Origin: Asterionella formosa
Lineage: Eukaryota
Direction of reading: 5' to 3'
NCBI GenBank assembly: GCA_002256025.1
Contig: NKIB01014660.1
Coordinates: 1-41,641 of the forward strand
Length of the DNA: 41,641 nucleotides
Below the pieces are notes generated by a model. The model was not told where the DNA came from. It made no database searches and worked only from the letters and a program-made list of their open reading frames with translations. Made by a program: the position numbers and the translations under genes. Below, piece after piece: positions 30,824 to 41,112 of this stretch (positions are counted from its first letter, which is position 1; each line of letters begins with the position of its first letter).

Positions 30824-30927
30824 GACTAGAAATTTGCTGACAACAATTAGAATTTGCTTACTAATATGACTAGAAACTGCTGACTACAACTAGAAACTGC
30901 TGACTACGACTAGAAATTGCTAACTAC
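30824..30927 (+). repeat. Second tandem array of the same ~20-bp unit, about 5 copies, same orientation
   Basis: GACTAGAAATTTGCTGACAACAATTAGAATTTGCT...ACTAGAAACTGCTGACTACAACTAGAAACTGCTGACTACGACTAGAAATTGCTAACTAC. Confidence 0.88.
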
Positions 30928-31243
30928 TTTGAATAGAAGCTACTGATTTTTTTGATTGGTGAATTCCATTAGCAAACTGTCATCCAGTTGCTGAATACCA
31001 TTACCAGTAGTAGTAAGTGAACACAATTTCGATGATCAGAACATGACTTGGGGGATTTAATGAATGATAATTTAGCATTGAAGAAAGTTACTAAAGAGAG
31101 ATGTTAAGCCATTCTATCTTATCCATTGGGAGTGCATCGAAACTCTAAGCTGCCGATCCAATATATAAGATTAAAATTGGCAACTACATCTGAAAAAAGT
31201 TTTTCGACTTTTTCGACTTCCACTTTTGCTCATCTCGAGCGAA

Positions 31244-32705
31244 ATGCAGATGCCCGACCCCCCTTTTTTCTTGCCACCACCCCTTCTCAACAAGCGCATG
31301 AGAAAGGATCTAACACCAGAAGAGCGTCAACTCATGTTGGATTATGGTTTACGGAACCTCCAAAAAGGACCTGATGGAGGGGACGAAATAGATGGTCAGC
31401 TCATTTTAGTGCGTGGAACCGTTTTATTTTTGGCAGGCCAGTTCAAAGTTGATAAAACAACTATAAAATGTATTTGGAACCGCGCGCTTGAATCCTATTA
31501 TAATGATGATACTTACATGTTTACATCGCTTTCCCGCAAATTATTGACTGGGTATACTCGCAAATACCTATGTGAAGAAATAATTGCAGCGATTAGAGGT
31601 ATTCCATATCGCAAGCGTACTACGTATCGTAAATTAGCAGCTGCTCTTGCCCTTCCCAAGTCAACAGTTTTTTGGATTGCAAAGGATAACAGAGAGAATG
31701 TAATATGACCGCACACAAGTGCAGTCAAGCCGATGCTTTCAGAGGAGGGTAAGATAAGTCGTTTTATGTCTTGTGTTAATCATTTACAATTGAACCATCC
31801 AGATCAAGAACATCCTTCCCCTGACATTGATTTCGATCCGGGACTGTTTGGTTACTATGATGGCTTCTATGACCAGGTCCATATAGATGAAAAGTGGTTC
31901 TTTGTTTCAGAAGGAAAGTTGAAAATATATCTGGCTCATGGAGAAGAGGCTCCCACAAGGCAAACGAAACATAAGGAGCATATCGAAAAGGTCATGTTAC
32001 TTTCTGCTGTGACACGTCCGCGTTTTGACGACGAAAACAAAGTGTGTATGTTTGATGGTAAAATTGGAATTTGTCCATTTGTGCACCAAGTAGCAGCGCA
32101 AAGAAGTTCCATTTATCGACTGGCAGGGACGATGGAAACAAAGTCACTCCCACCAGTGACAAAACAGTCATATGCTGACATGATTGTTGATAATGTCTTA
32201 CCTATGATAAAAGCGAAGTGGCCTGATGGAAACAAACGAATATATCTACAGCACAACAATGCTTCAACACATTTTGGTTCCGATTTTACTCCCTTTGTAG
32301 CAGCTGCACCAACAGATGAAGAATGGGATATTCAATTGACAAAGCAACCAGCGAACAACCAGCGAACAGACCAGATTTGAATATCAACGATCTATCTTTA
32401 TTTAGGGCATTACAGTCAGGTCAATGGGACTCTGTGGAAGAAGCCCACAACAACATCGATGGTTTGATAGAGGCAGTGCAGGCAGCATTCGTTTTTTTGA
32501 ACCAAACAAATTAAATTGTTCTTTCTTAACATTACAGGGTTGCTTGGTGGAAGAGATTATTTTGGTCAATGGCGAAAACAATTATAACATACGACCTCAC
32601 ATTGGAAAGGCGGCTCTGGAACAGGCGGGAATTTTACTTGATAGGCTAGCAGCTGGGGAAGGAGCAATTGAGTTGGCTAGCACATTTCTGGATGATCTTC
32701 TTTAA
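31244..32705 (+). pseudogene. Mariner transposase pseudogene
   Basis: Motifs HIDEKWF, KVMLLSAVTRPR, GKIGICPF, QHNNA (second catalytic D replaced by N) and QPANRPDLNINDL. Lesions: TGA at 31706-08, an exact 11-bp tandem duplication CAACCAGCGAA (32345-32366) causing a frameshift, and a further frameshift near 32490-32500. Confidence 0.9.
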
Positions 32706-32886
32706 CAGTAGGGTTTAATGATACTAAGAAGGGGGTTTTCGTCTCTGGCGCCATTTTGCACGGCTGCATTGGATCAAAAGACGTTCCCCCTTATATATAT
32801 ACTAGCACTGGCTGTTAATGGTTCTATATGTATTGAACTTATATTTTCTTTGACAAGCTGGATAACTATAGTTGGATTTTATTTAA

Positions 32887-33301
32887 CTACACAGCAGTAG
32901 GATTTTGAAACGTAAAAAGAGCAACTCCATAACCTCGCATATTCATTCTCCGTTTTGTTTGCTCCTTAGAATCTTGTAGTAGCTAGTTCAATAACTACAG
33001 CAGTACTATTAACATACTGCGCTGCCTCGACTTTGTTATGCGCAATCCTTCTTGCAAGATACCCAACTCTGCACCTTTGACCTTCTGGATGGAGATCACA
33101 GTCCATGGTCACCTCGATAGCATCCTTGAGTTCTTGGAGGATCTCGTCCAACACAATACAGAAAGAGAAGAAAACCACAGAGCCAACCTTTACTGTTGAT
33201 CCGCAACAGTGATGATGAGCGCAACTGTGACCATTGTTTCTGGCCATCAAGCCAAGGATCTGACCATCAGGAATGGGCGCATTGGCAAAGTCAACATCCA
33301 T
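32887..33301 (-). pseudogene. Second, convergent gene inside the mariner: small Cys/His-motif, HIRAN-like protein with a 7-bp frameshifting insertion
   Basis: ATG at 33301; DGQILGL...GHSCAHHHCCG...DAIEV...RVGYLARRIA...VIEL. Removing GCTACTA near 32976-32983 continues the frame as QDSKEQTKRRMNMRGYGVALFTFQNPTAV-stop (32887). Confidence 0.55.
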
Positions 33302-34038
33302 TTTGACAAAAATGATGATGCAAAATCAATGCATTAGCATTGCTTGATATCTATCTACATGTACCCAATATATAAATATCTGTTAAATTGGTTTCGATTA
33401 ACTTATTTACATGCTAAATATTTAATTACAAAAACAGAGTATATGTTCACGTCTATGTAACTCATAAAAACGCATTTTTTTTAGTAAGCCGACCCTTGCG
33501 TAGAAATTTGGTATGTTGGCTACATAATCGTTCATATGCGAACAGTAAAGACACTGGTGGTGCCGGCGAATCGATGCAACTGTTACTAGACAGAGGGAGT
33601 ACCTGGTACTGGTACCAGGGTACTGCGTTATCCTGGTTGTCCTCGGAGTACATGCCTATCGTAGATATTTATTGCCCTGCTTAGCTCGTGGGAATGATGT
33701 CCCGAGTACATATACAGGTATGTATGTACTGACAGGTACCAATATCCGTACCGGTACGGTAGTTTGCTTCAGTTTCGTAGGTACCAGGGACCAGGGTACC
33801 TGGTGAGTTTTTTTTGAATGACCATCAGTAGTACAGTACGGTAATAATCGACGTTTTCCTCCTTTGAAAGAACGTACCAGGTACCCGTTGGTACCGTGAG
33901 TTTCACACTTAAAGCGCAGTAACTATTTCTTTTAAGTTATCACATTTATCATAACAAAAACGCAAAAATCATTGCCATATACTTTCCCAGCCTATTTAAA
34001 TATGAATAATGTGCTATTGAATTGTTGCTCACTATTGC

Positions 34039-35574
34039 TCAAAGCAACTGAAGAGAAAGATATCCTGTCAAAAGGATTCCAACCATCGACATTCCCATCG
34101 TGAAAGCTCGAGAGGTGACTTGGATTGACTGGTACGAGTATATACCAAGCTCGCCAGTCGGAACAAAGTTGCCAAGTTCGGCGGCCGAAACTCCTGTCTT
34201 GGTAGAAGTTGGAGAAGGCAACGTTCCGGCTGCACACGTATCGGCACAGCATGGAAGACAACGATAATAATATCGGTCATTTTGGTTCCAGTCATCCAAG
34301 CATTTTCCAAGACCAGGGCAGCACTTGTTCACCGTTCCGTTTCCAAAGAATTGAAATGGATCGTTGTCCTGAATGGTGCAGACTGGAGGGGGAATAGGAT
34401 TTGGTTTACACTGGTTCACACATTTGAAGTAGGTACGTTGATCACCATCCCAAGTGTTCAGGCACTGATATGTAGGGTTGCAGCAAGGAATAAAAGAACC
34501 ATTTCCATACACCTGGTAGGGATCCTCAGTATAGCCTGTGCAGACAGGAGGAATTTCAGGCTCGAGGCCTGGGTAGTTATTAGGACAACTGCCTTTCTCA
34601 ACGCATCGATAGTATACCACAGAGTTGTTATTCCAGTCATCAAGACATTGGTCCACAGTGTTGCAACAAGAAATGCGCGAGCCGTTGCCAAAAAACTGGT
34701 ATGGATCTTCATTTAAGCCAGTGCAACTGGGAGCAATAAGTCCGATTGGAGCAGAAGTATAAGGCGCTTCCACTGGAGCATCAGTTGATGGAACAACTAG
34801 AGTAGTGGGAGTGACTGGCGTGGGAACTGTTGCTACAACTGGCGCTGGAACTGTTGGAGCAACTGGTGAAGAAACTGTTGGCGTAACTGGCGAAGGAACT
34901 GTAGGTAGAATAGGGGATGGAACTGTATCACCAGTTGGAGGAATAACAGGAGCACTGGAAACAGGAGAATTGAGAGGATCCGGAGTTTCGTTTCCAGCAA
35001 CAGGAGTGCCAGTAGCAGCAATAACAGGAGCCGGAGTCTCTGCGAATTCTACAAATGTAGGAAACTCTGAAACTCTACGAGATGGCGAGGCAGTAGGGGT
35101 CGAAGTGACAGCCTCCCCTGCCTCGATGGCAGATGGTGACTCAGATGGATTGGTGGTCAGAGAACCGGTTACAACTGACGGGGATGACGTTGGGGACGGC
35201 GTCGCGGCAATGCTTGGTGCAGGCGTTGGGGATGAAGTGGTAGCAGTGAATGATGGTGAAGTGGTTACAGCGAGCGATGGTTGAGCAGTTGGGGTTCCAC
35301 TCGCAGTTACGGAAGGGGCAGGTGTATCCGCAGCTGTAACAGCGACAGGGGCGTCAGTTCCACATCCACAAACTGCTTGATTGGCAGACAAATGAGCATC
35401 ATCGCACTGGGCTTGAGAAATTTGTCCAGGGTTTTCGTAGTAATAGCCGCAAAGGATCCCGGATCCACCGTCAACAGTTGCCCCTGGATTTGTAGGTGCC
35501 TGGCCATTGAGGCAAAGGGAACAATCGGCACTACAGGTTACTGCGAGGAGAGCAAAGCTCAAAAGACGAAGCAT
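34039..35574 (-). CDS. Secreted, probably GPI-anchored cell-surface protein with Pro/Thr/Ser-rich stalk and three Cys-rich repeats
   Basis: Signal peptide MLRLLSFALLAVTCSA, a Cys-rich N-domain and a mucin-like P/T/S region. Three repeats CTxxxxDP[YF]Q[FV][FY]GNGxxxxCCxxxxxCLxxWxxxxxxY[YF]xC. Hydrophobic C-terminus. Confidence 0.82.
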   Translation of the reverse strand: MLRLLSFALLAVTCSADCSLCLNGQAPTNPGATVDGGSGILCGYYYENPGQISQAQCDDAHLSANQAVCGCGTDAPVAVTAADTPAPSVTASGTPTAQPSLAVTTSPSFTATTSSPTPAPSIAATPSPTSSPSVVTGSLTTNPSESPSAIEAGEAVTSTPTASPSRRVSEFPTFVEFAETPAPVIAATGTPVAGNETPDPLNSPVSSAPVIPPTGDTVPSPILPTVPSPVTPTVSSPVAPTVPAPVVATVPTPVTPTTLVVPSTDAPVEAPYTSAPIGLIAPSCTGLNEDPYQFFGNGSRISCCNTVDQCLDDWNNNSVVYYRCVEKGSCPNNYPGLEPEIPPVCTGYTEDPYQVYGNGSFIPCCNPTYQCLNTWDGDQRTYFKCVNQCKPNPIPPPVCTIQDNDPFQFFGNGTVNKCCPGLGKCLDDWNQNDRYYYRCLPCCADTCAAGTLPSPTSTKTGVSAAELGNFVPTGELGIYSYQSIQVTSRAFTMGMSMVGILLTGYLSLQLL

Positions 35575-36137
35575 TGTGAATTAGTCCAATGGCACAATGT
35601 AGATTGTGTCATGGAGGTTTTTGTTTGTTCAGTGAGTGGTAAACGGAGCGCCTACTACATGCCGGTAGGCAGAAATGGTCGGAGACGTCAAGTCGTGCGA
35701 CCCTGTCCGGATTTCAACGTACTAAATAATTCGGCCACAAGCTAGTTTCCTGGTACCACACCGTCAATTCAGCCTTGCTTGGTGGACATACCCGGTAGGT
35801 AGCCATGATTAGATACACTCCATACAAACAGATAGAGTTATAAAAGTATGAACATTTCGATTGACCGTGCTGACCATCGTACGGAATTATATTTAGTATA
35901 CACAAAACTGGCCTAATTACCAACATTAAATGAGTCGTATTTGATGTCAGATAGGGACGTTCATGGCTCAATTAGTTGCGAAAAAACATTTTGTCTCAAG
36001 CACGAATAGGGAAAATTTGGTAAGACTTCTGCCAGCCGAGCTGGTTATAGGTGCACCTTCGTAACACGCATTCGGAGTACACCAGCAAGTTGCATCAATT
36101 TTGTTTCTTCGTGCACCCTAAAACCTGGTGTCTCGTT

Positions 36138-36945
36138 CTCCCTCTGTCTAGTAACAGTTGCATCGATTCGCCGGCACCGTAGTGTCTTTACTATGCGCAA
36201 ATAAAGGATTACGTTACGAACATACCATCTTTCTATGTGAGGCTCGGCTTACTCGGAAAAATGATTTTTTATGAGTTACATAGACGTGTACATATACCGG
36301 AACTGGCAATCACAAATTTAACAAAAGTTAAATTAATCGAAACCAATTTAACAAACGTATATGCATTGCATAGATGTACATATCACCAAATGCTTTTATA
36401 GATCGGCCAGTCACTCAAATATTTGTGGGAAACCGAATGAAACAAGCCACTTTAATAATTATAACATGAATAGAATAATTGTCATTCAGTACACTTTGTA
36501 CGGTTGCTCAACCTACATTAACCATACTGCCGGATATTTAATGGTTACAATCATCAAAACGAGCATACGGTCGTTTTCTTCCTTCCCACCATTGTCACTT
36601 TGGAGGTTGCGCATTCCATAATTGAACGCAAGTTGCAGTAGTCCTACTGTTATATCGCACTTTGTAGTACATATGTTGAGAATAGATGGTTCGAAGAAAA
36701 ATGGGTCCTCATGCATCTGCATTTTGCTATAGATGGCCTTAAGTGAAAATCGAAAAAGCCCCAAAACCTTTTTTGATACATACCGGTAGTTGCCAATTTT
36801 AAATTTACTACATACATATCATATATGGATCCGTAGCTTAGAGCAAGCCACACAATAGGACAATTGAGCCGGAGAAAATCGTAGAAGTCGAAATAGCCCT
36901 GCATAAATTTGAATTATCAATGCAACAATTATTGGACAGAGGGAG
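36138..36945 (-). mobile_element. Non-autonomous internal-deletion derivative (808 bp) of the mariner family, inverted relative to the copy at 31140-33599
   Basis: TIRs CTCCCTCTGTCTAGTAACAGTTGCATCGAT (36138) and reverse complement CTCCCTCTGTCCAATAATTGTTGCATTGAT (ends 36945, then TA). The first 41 bp are identical to the mariner right end, with similarity over about 250 bp. ORF 36513-36764 (MQMHEDPFFFEPSILN...QLAFNYGMRNLQ) is homologous to the transposase N-terminus (MQMPDPPFFLPPPLLN...QLMLDYGLRNLQ). Confidence 0.9.
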
Positions 36946-37316
36946 TACCCCTCAATGTACGCAGCAACGACTGATTTTACTTTGAGGGGAGCGAGTACAA
37001 GACATTGGACCTTTCTTGATTGTCAAACATTATGAAAAGCCAACTTCACCACCATTTTCTCTCTAGTCTAAAACATAAATAGCAATATTAAAAGATATAT
37101 TGTTTTAGATTCAATCAGCTTCAAGGATCAATTCAATTTCTTTTTTAGAGCACTGGCACGCCAGAATTTCGTCATGACTTCAAGAGAAATTTCTAGAGTG
37201 TGTACAATTTGCACCGTATTCTACAATGTAATAAATTGCTTGTGTAGGTTCCACAACATTGATTGTGATAGAAATTGAGATAAGCCAACCAAATCATTTT
37301 CTACGGAGTCATCAGC

Positions 37317-37650
37317 ATGACAACGAAAAAATATCTCTACACCAGACAGAAGAAAAATACTGTTGTGGAATCATACAGCAAGCCCAACAATATCAAGGCA
37401 ACCGACAGAGCATATTTGGTTCTGCCAAAGCAGATCCCGAGCTGGAAGTCTACGCTGGATGGTGCAATGGTTTTGGTTCCGGCAGAGGTGGCGGAGATTC
37501 CCCTGCAGGGAGAAGATTTGATTCAGAGGCAGGAGGTGTTGATGAAAAAAAGCACTCACCTGGGCCACTCTCAATAAAGAGCTGCTGAGTTTGAAGGATT
37601 GAAGACTCTTTTTGACCAGATACGGCTTCAAGATAGGGCCTGCACCACCA
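37317..37650 (+). pseudogene. Probable pogo/Tigger-like transposase N-terminal HTH remnant
   Basis: KKYLYTRQKKNTVV...NNIKATDRAYLVLPKQIPSWK resembles the Brinker/CENP-B-type HTH pattern (YTxxxKxxVV...NxxAxxRxYxVxxxxIxxW). The frame is broken at 37575 and no catalytic domain is seen. Confidence 0.4.
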
Positions 37651-38774
37651 GGATGCTTCTCGCTTCTCTTCGATAGCTTGTTGGTTTGGTTTGTTCTGTT
37701 CTAACTAATCTGTAGATGAACAGTTGGGATTTTTGATTTTGGTTCTATGTGGTATGATTCATTTCCCCCTCTGGGTCCCCGTACTAGCTGCTGTAGAGTT
37801 TGCACTTTAGTAGCCATGGATGGGACTAAGGGAGGGTGAATTTTATCCATCAACTATAAATTTTGCACGGCTTGGATTTCAACGACGTTGCTTTGCTGAA
37901 AGCTAATTCAAAGAATTGTGAGCTTTATGCCTTGAAACTTTTGCGTGGTTATTGTTCATTGGCCAATCAACTCTTCCATGGCCTCTTGTGTGGTTTACTG
38001 TCATTCGTTAGCCATCGAACCTCATCTTCAATTTTGGCTAGACAGAATTAGCTCCCCTGGTTGCTAACTCCGCCACCACATCAAATAACACCTGCTCCAA
38101 GAAGTTGTTCGTCATTCCCCTGGTTTCAATGTGCGCTTCGTTCACATCATCTGTTTCCCTCGTCTTTAATACTAAAGTAGACCACGTTTCATATGTAGCG
38201 GTATATAGGAATGGGCTGCTGCACATTACTACGACTCGTCTATGCATAGGGCATTACCGGTAGTTTTGATGACATCATGCATACCAGAGAGTATGCTTAC
38301 ATTTGTTGTCTTCCACGAGGACTACCGCCAATTCGCAATCAATCGAGTAGATAATAACCTTGTCATTTCACATCTTTTGCTTCGATTATTCATGTTCCTG
38401 CTGTATTCGTAGTCATATTTGTTGTGTGGATACAGTAAAAGTGTCGTATCTGCTTGTAGCATTGTTGTTTAAAAGTTGCGCATCCTCCCTAAATTAGTAC
38501 ATGAAAAAATGTACCAGCCGCGACTTCAATTATCGTTGTTAATATTAGGGTGCACTAAGTTGATCATATGATGGACGGGAATTTTTTGCCAAAAAGAGCA
38601 TGTGCGCGTTCGGTAATATACAAACACCATCAAAATTTAAATCCGGGTATTTACCATGCATACAAAGGTACCACCACGCACTATGCACCATAGTACAAAA
38701 AGGTAAAATATGTTCCATATAAAGTGAAACATGTACCAAGGTTGAATAGATGTCCTATTGTCTATTTTATTTGC

Positions 38775-39665
38775 TTATGCACGTTTTCTTCAACATCCTC
38801 CATTCATTTGGTGACATTTTACGCTTCTTGCATTCCACAGATCCCAGTGCGATGCATGGGCTGGGGGACATCACGCACACAGGGCCAATATCTGCTGCCC
38901 TGGCGAGTTTTGACATTTCTCTAGAAGCCCACAGCCATTTTCATCATTGATCTTGACCCCACACCAAGCACATGGTGATATTTTGATGAATTTGGATGCA
39001 AAAAGCTGCCACTCGTCTACCGCTGGAGAAGCACATGAAAATGGTCAGACCAATATACTACTAGCCGCCTCTCCCTCGAAAACAAATGAACTATGACAGG
39101 GCAGTGCAGACTTGATGTCAATGTGTAGACATGCATGTAAAATAACGCTAGGTTTATAAATCTCGATGTTTTTTGATGCCTGAATGATTCAATGGGAGTA
39201 AATTACATTAGGTTTGAAACAAACACAGCAGATGATGAAATCCTGGGCTTGTGCAGCTGTGTAAGCTTGTAAGTTGCCGATTGCATGAGATCCAGCATTC
39301 TCAATTAATGGATGAATGTTGAATCATGGTACCCACTGTGGTTGTCTGCCTAAATACTTCCAAGGTCAAAATTGTTTTGTCAGAAGATCATAAATTGCAG
39401 GCGATGATTTATCAGTTCCTGGAAGGTGTGGTACCATACATGTTATGTGCACCTTTTCAGTTTCAACTCACTCCGAAATAATGATCTTTCCCATGATGCC
39501 AACCAGAAAGTACAGGCCGGCTTTCCATTCCAAAACTCTCTTGAGTAACTTTCTATTATGTAAAATTATCAAAGCAAAAGAGGGGCTACGAAACTTTTCT
39601 AAAAATCTACGACACATAACTGCAGTTTCTCTCCAGAAGTTAACTCCCGACGTTATAGGGTACAC
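38775..39665 (-). pseudogene. Decayed reading frame of unknown family, interrupted only by TGA codons
   Basis: Manual translation from 39665 to TAA at 38775-77 (297 codons) shows 7 internal stops, all TGA. The C-terminal part is Cys-rich (CAWCG...CA*CP). Confidence 0.55.
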
Positions 39666-40506
39666 GGCTATCTACTTTAATCTTCATGAAACCCCGCAGA
39701 TGTAGAGCAATCAATCCCCTTCCCAAAAGTCGACCTGATTGGCTTTTTCAACAGTTGCCAAAAAATTGGAATCGGAATTTGTATGTGCAAAACGTTCTTG
39801 TATACTTAGAGTCTTGCGTAGGTATGTTTTGCTGCATAATTCTCAATCTTAAAAGATTCCAGGGTAAGTTCCCGCGTCACTACACATATTCTGATTGGTT
39901 GAATTGAATTTTCTCATCTGCTCCAGATTGGCTTAAGTATTCCGGTCTTGTAAAATAACACCAGCCACACTTGAACCACATGTATTAGCTAGATGTACTG
40001 TATGCCAGAAGGTAAAATCAGTAGCGGTACACCGGTACAAGTTTCATCCTGTCTTCCATCATCATGAACCAAGATTGTGTTCTACCGGTACACCGGTGCT
40101 CTGGGACTTCAGTACCTGGTACCAGTACTCCCCCGCACTGATTTTTAAATATACCTTTGTGCATCGAGAAATTTTGAAACTACTTGCAGCAGCGGAGATT
40201 CAACAGGCCTTGGACACTTCGCTACCCGATGATGGTAATATAATGGAACCATTTTGATGCAGACAATGGACAGTGGATTGTGTGGACACAAAATATCGAG
40301 AACTCTCATGGAAGCTTCTTTGCAGAGCTGATGTGACTGCACGCTCGCGTATTGGACTTTGGTATACTACCAGGTACCGGTAGCATCAGAGCAGCTTCTG
40401 TCAAGTCGACAGGACAAGGAGGAGGAGTTAGCGCAGTAATTGAGTGAATGTCAGAATTCATGGAAGGATTCAAAAAAGAAATTCAGACTTGTCATTGTAT
40501 CGTGCA

Positions 40507-40536
40507 TCTAGCATCGAGCATCGAGCATCGAGCATC
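40507..40536 (+). repeat. 7-bp tandem repeat (GCATCGA) x about 4
   Basis: GCATCTAGCATCGAGCATCGAGCATCGAGCATC; boundaries approximate. Confidence 0.8.
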
Positions 40537-41112
40537 TTTTGCTGGTTCAATTTGTCACACCCCGCCACCATCAAAAGCGCCCTGTGGCTGTGGATTTTAT
40601 GCGCAATTTCAATTGCAAATGTTGTGCAAAAAAGAGTTAAGAGCGAATTCAGGGGAATTCGTCCCTTGATGACCAACAACTTACTCTATTTCCACCATTG
40701 TCTGCTACTGGTACTGCAGCTGCTGCTGCAGAAGCGTGGAAAAATGGGGAGAATGTAGGAGATCCTGCTACATTTTTGGGGAGAAATTCTCCCCTTTTTT
40801 CCGCGCTGAACGACGTTTATTCCCCTCTAGCTTTTAACACGTATATTTTCTGCGGCCCCGTCAGCAGCGGCTTTTTGGGAAGACTTTTCTCCCCAAAAAG
40901 TGTAGAAAAAGTTTTTAATTTTGTACCATTGTAGGATTCAAGATGACAGTACATGCATGATAGCTACTGCTAATAGCTATACCGGTAGTACTAGGGGTTC
41001 CGACTCAGCAAATTATGAACATCAATTGAGAACAACAACAATCAACAATATACCTATGGAAGCGACCCACTGCCACATTAAAATATCATGTCAGACAATG
41101 AAGAAATAGTTT

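Larger units (their letters stand above)
31140..33599 (+). mobile_element. Decayed plant-type (DD39D-like, Stowaway-ended) mariner transposon; right TIR intact, left TIR not found
   Basis: Right end ...CTAGACAGAGGGAG|TA (33599; TA at 33600-01) is the Stowaway/plant-mariner-type terminus. A transposase pseudogene lies inside. The 5' subterminal sequence from about 31143 is homologous to the derivative at 36138-36945. The left boundary is approximate. Confidence 0.85.

Noticed and set aside
29681..30927. 20-bp repeats as a CRISPR array
   Set aside because: Units are head-to-tail with no unique spacers, there are no cas genes, and the context is eukaryotic.
34805..35745. Plus-strand ORFs 34805-35284 and 35281-35745, and similar antisense ORFs over other genes such as 20482-21105 and 27771-28307
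   Set aside because: Shadow frames opposite well-supported genes, with no independent motifs.
38775..39665. Selenoprotein or mitochondrial-code insertion as the explanation for in-frame TGAs
   Set aside because: No resemblance to known selenoproteins or mitochondrial genes, TGG is used for Trp, and upstream in-frame TAG/TAA and a frameshift indicate decay.
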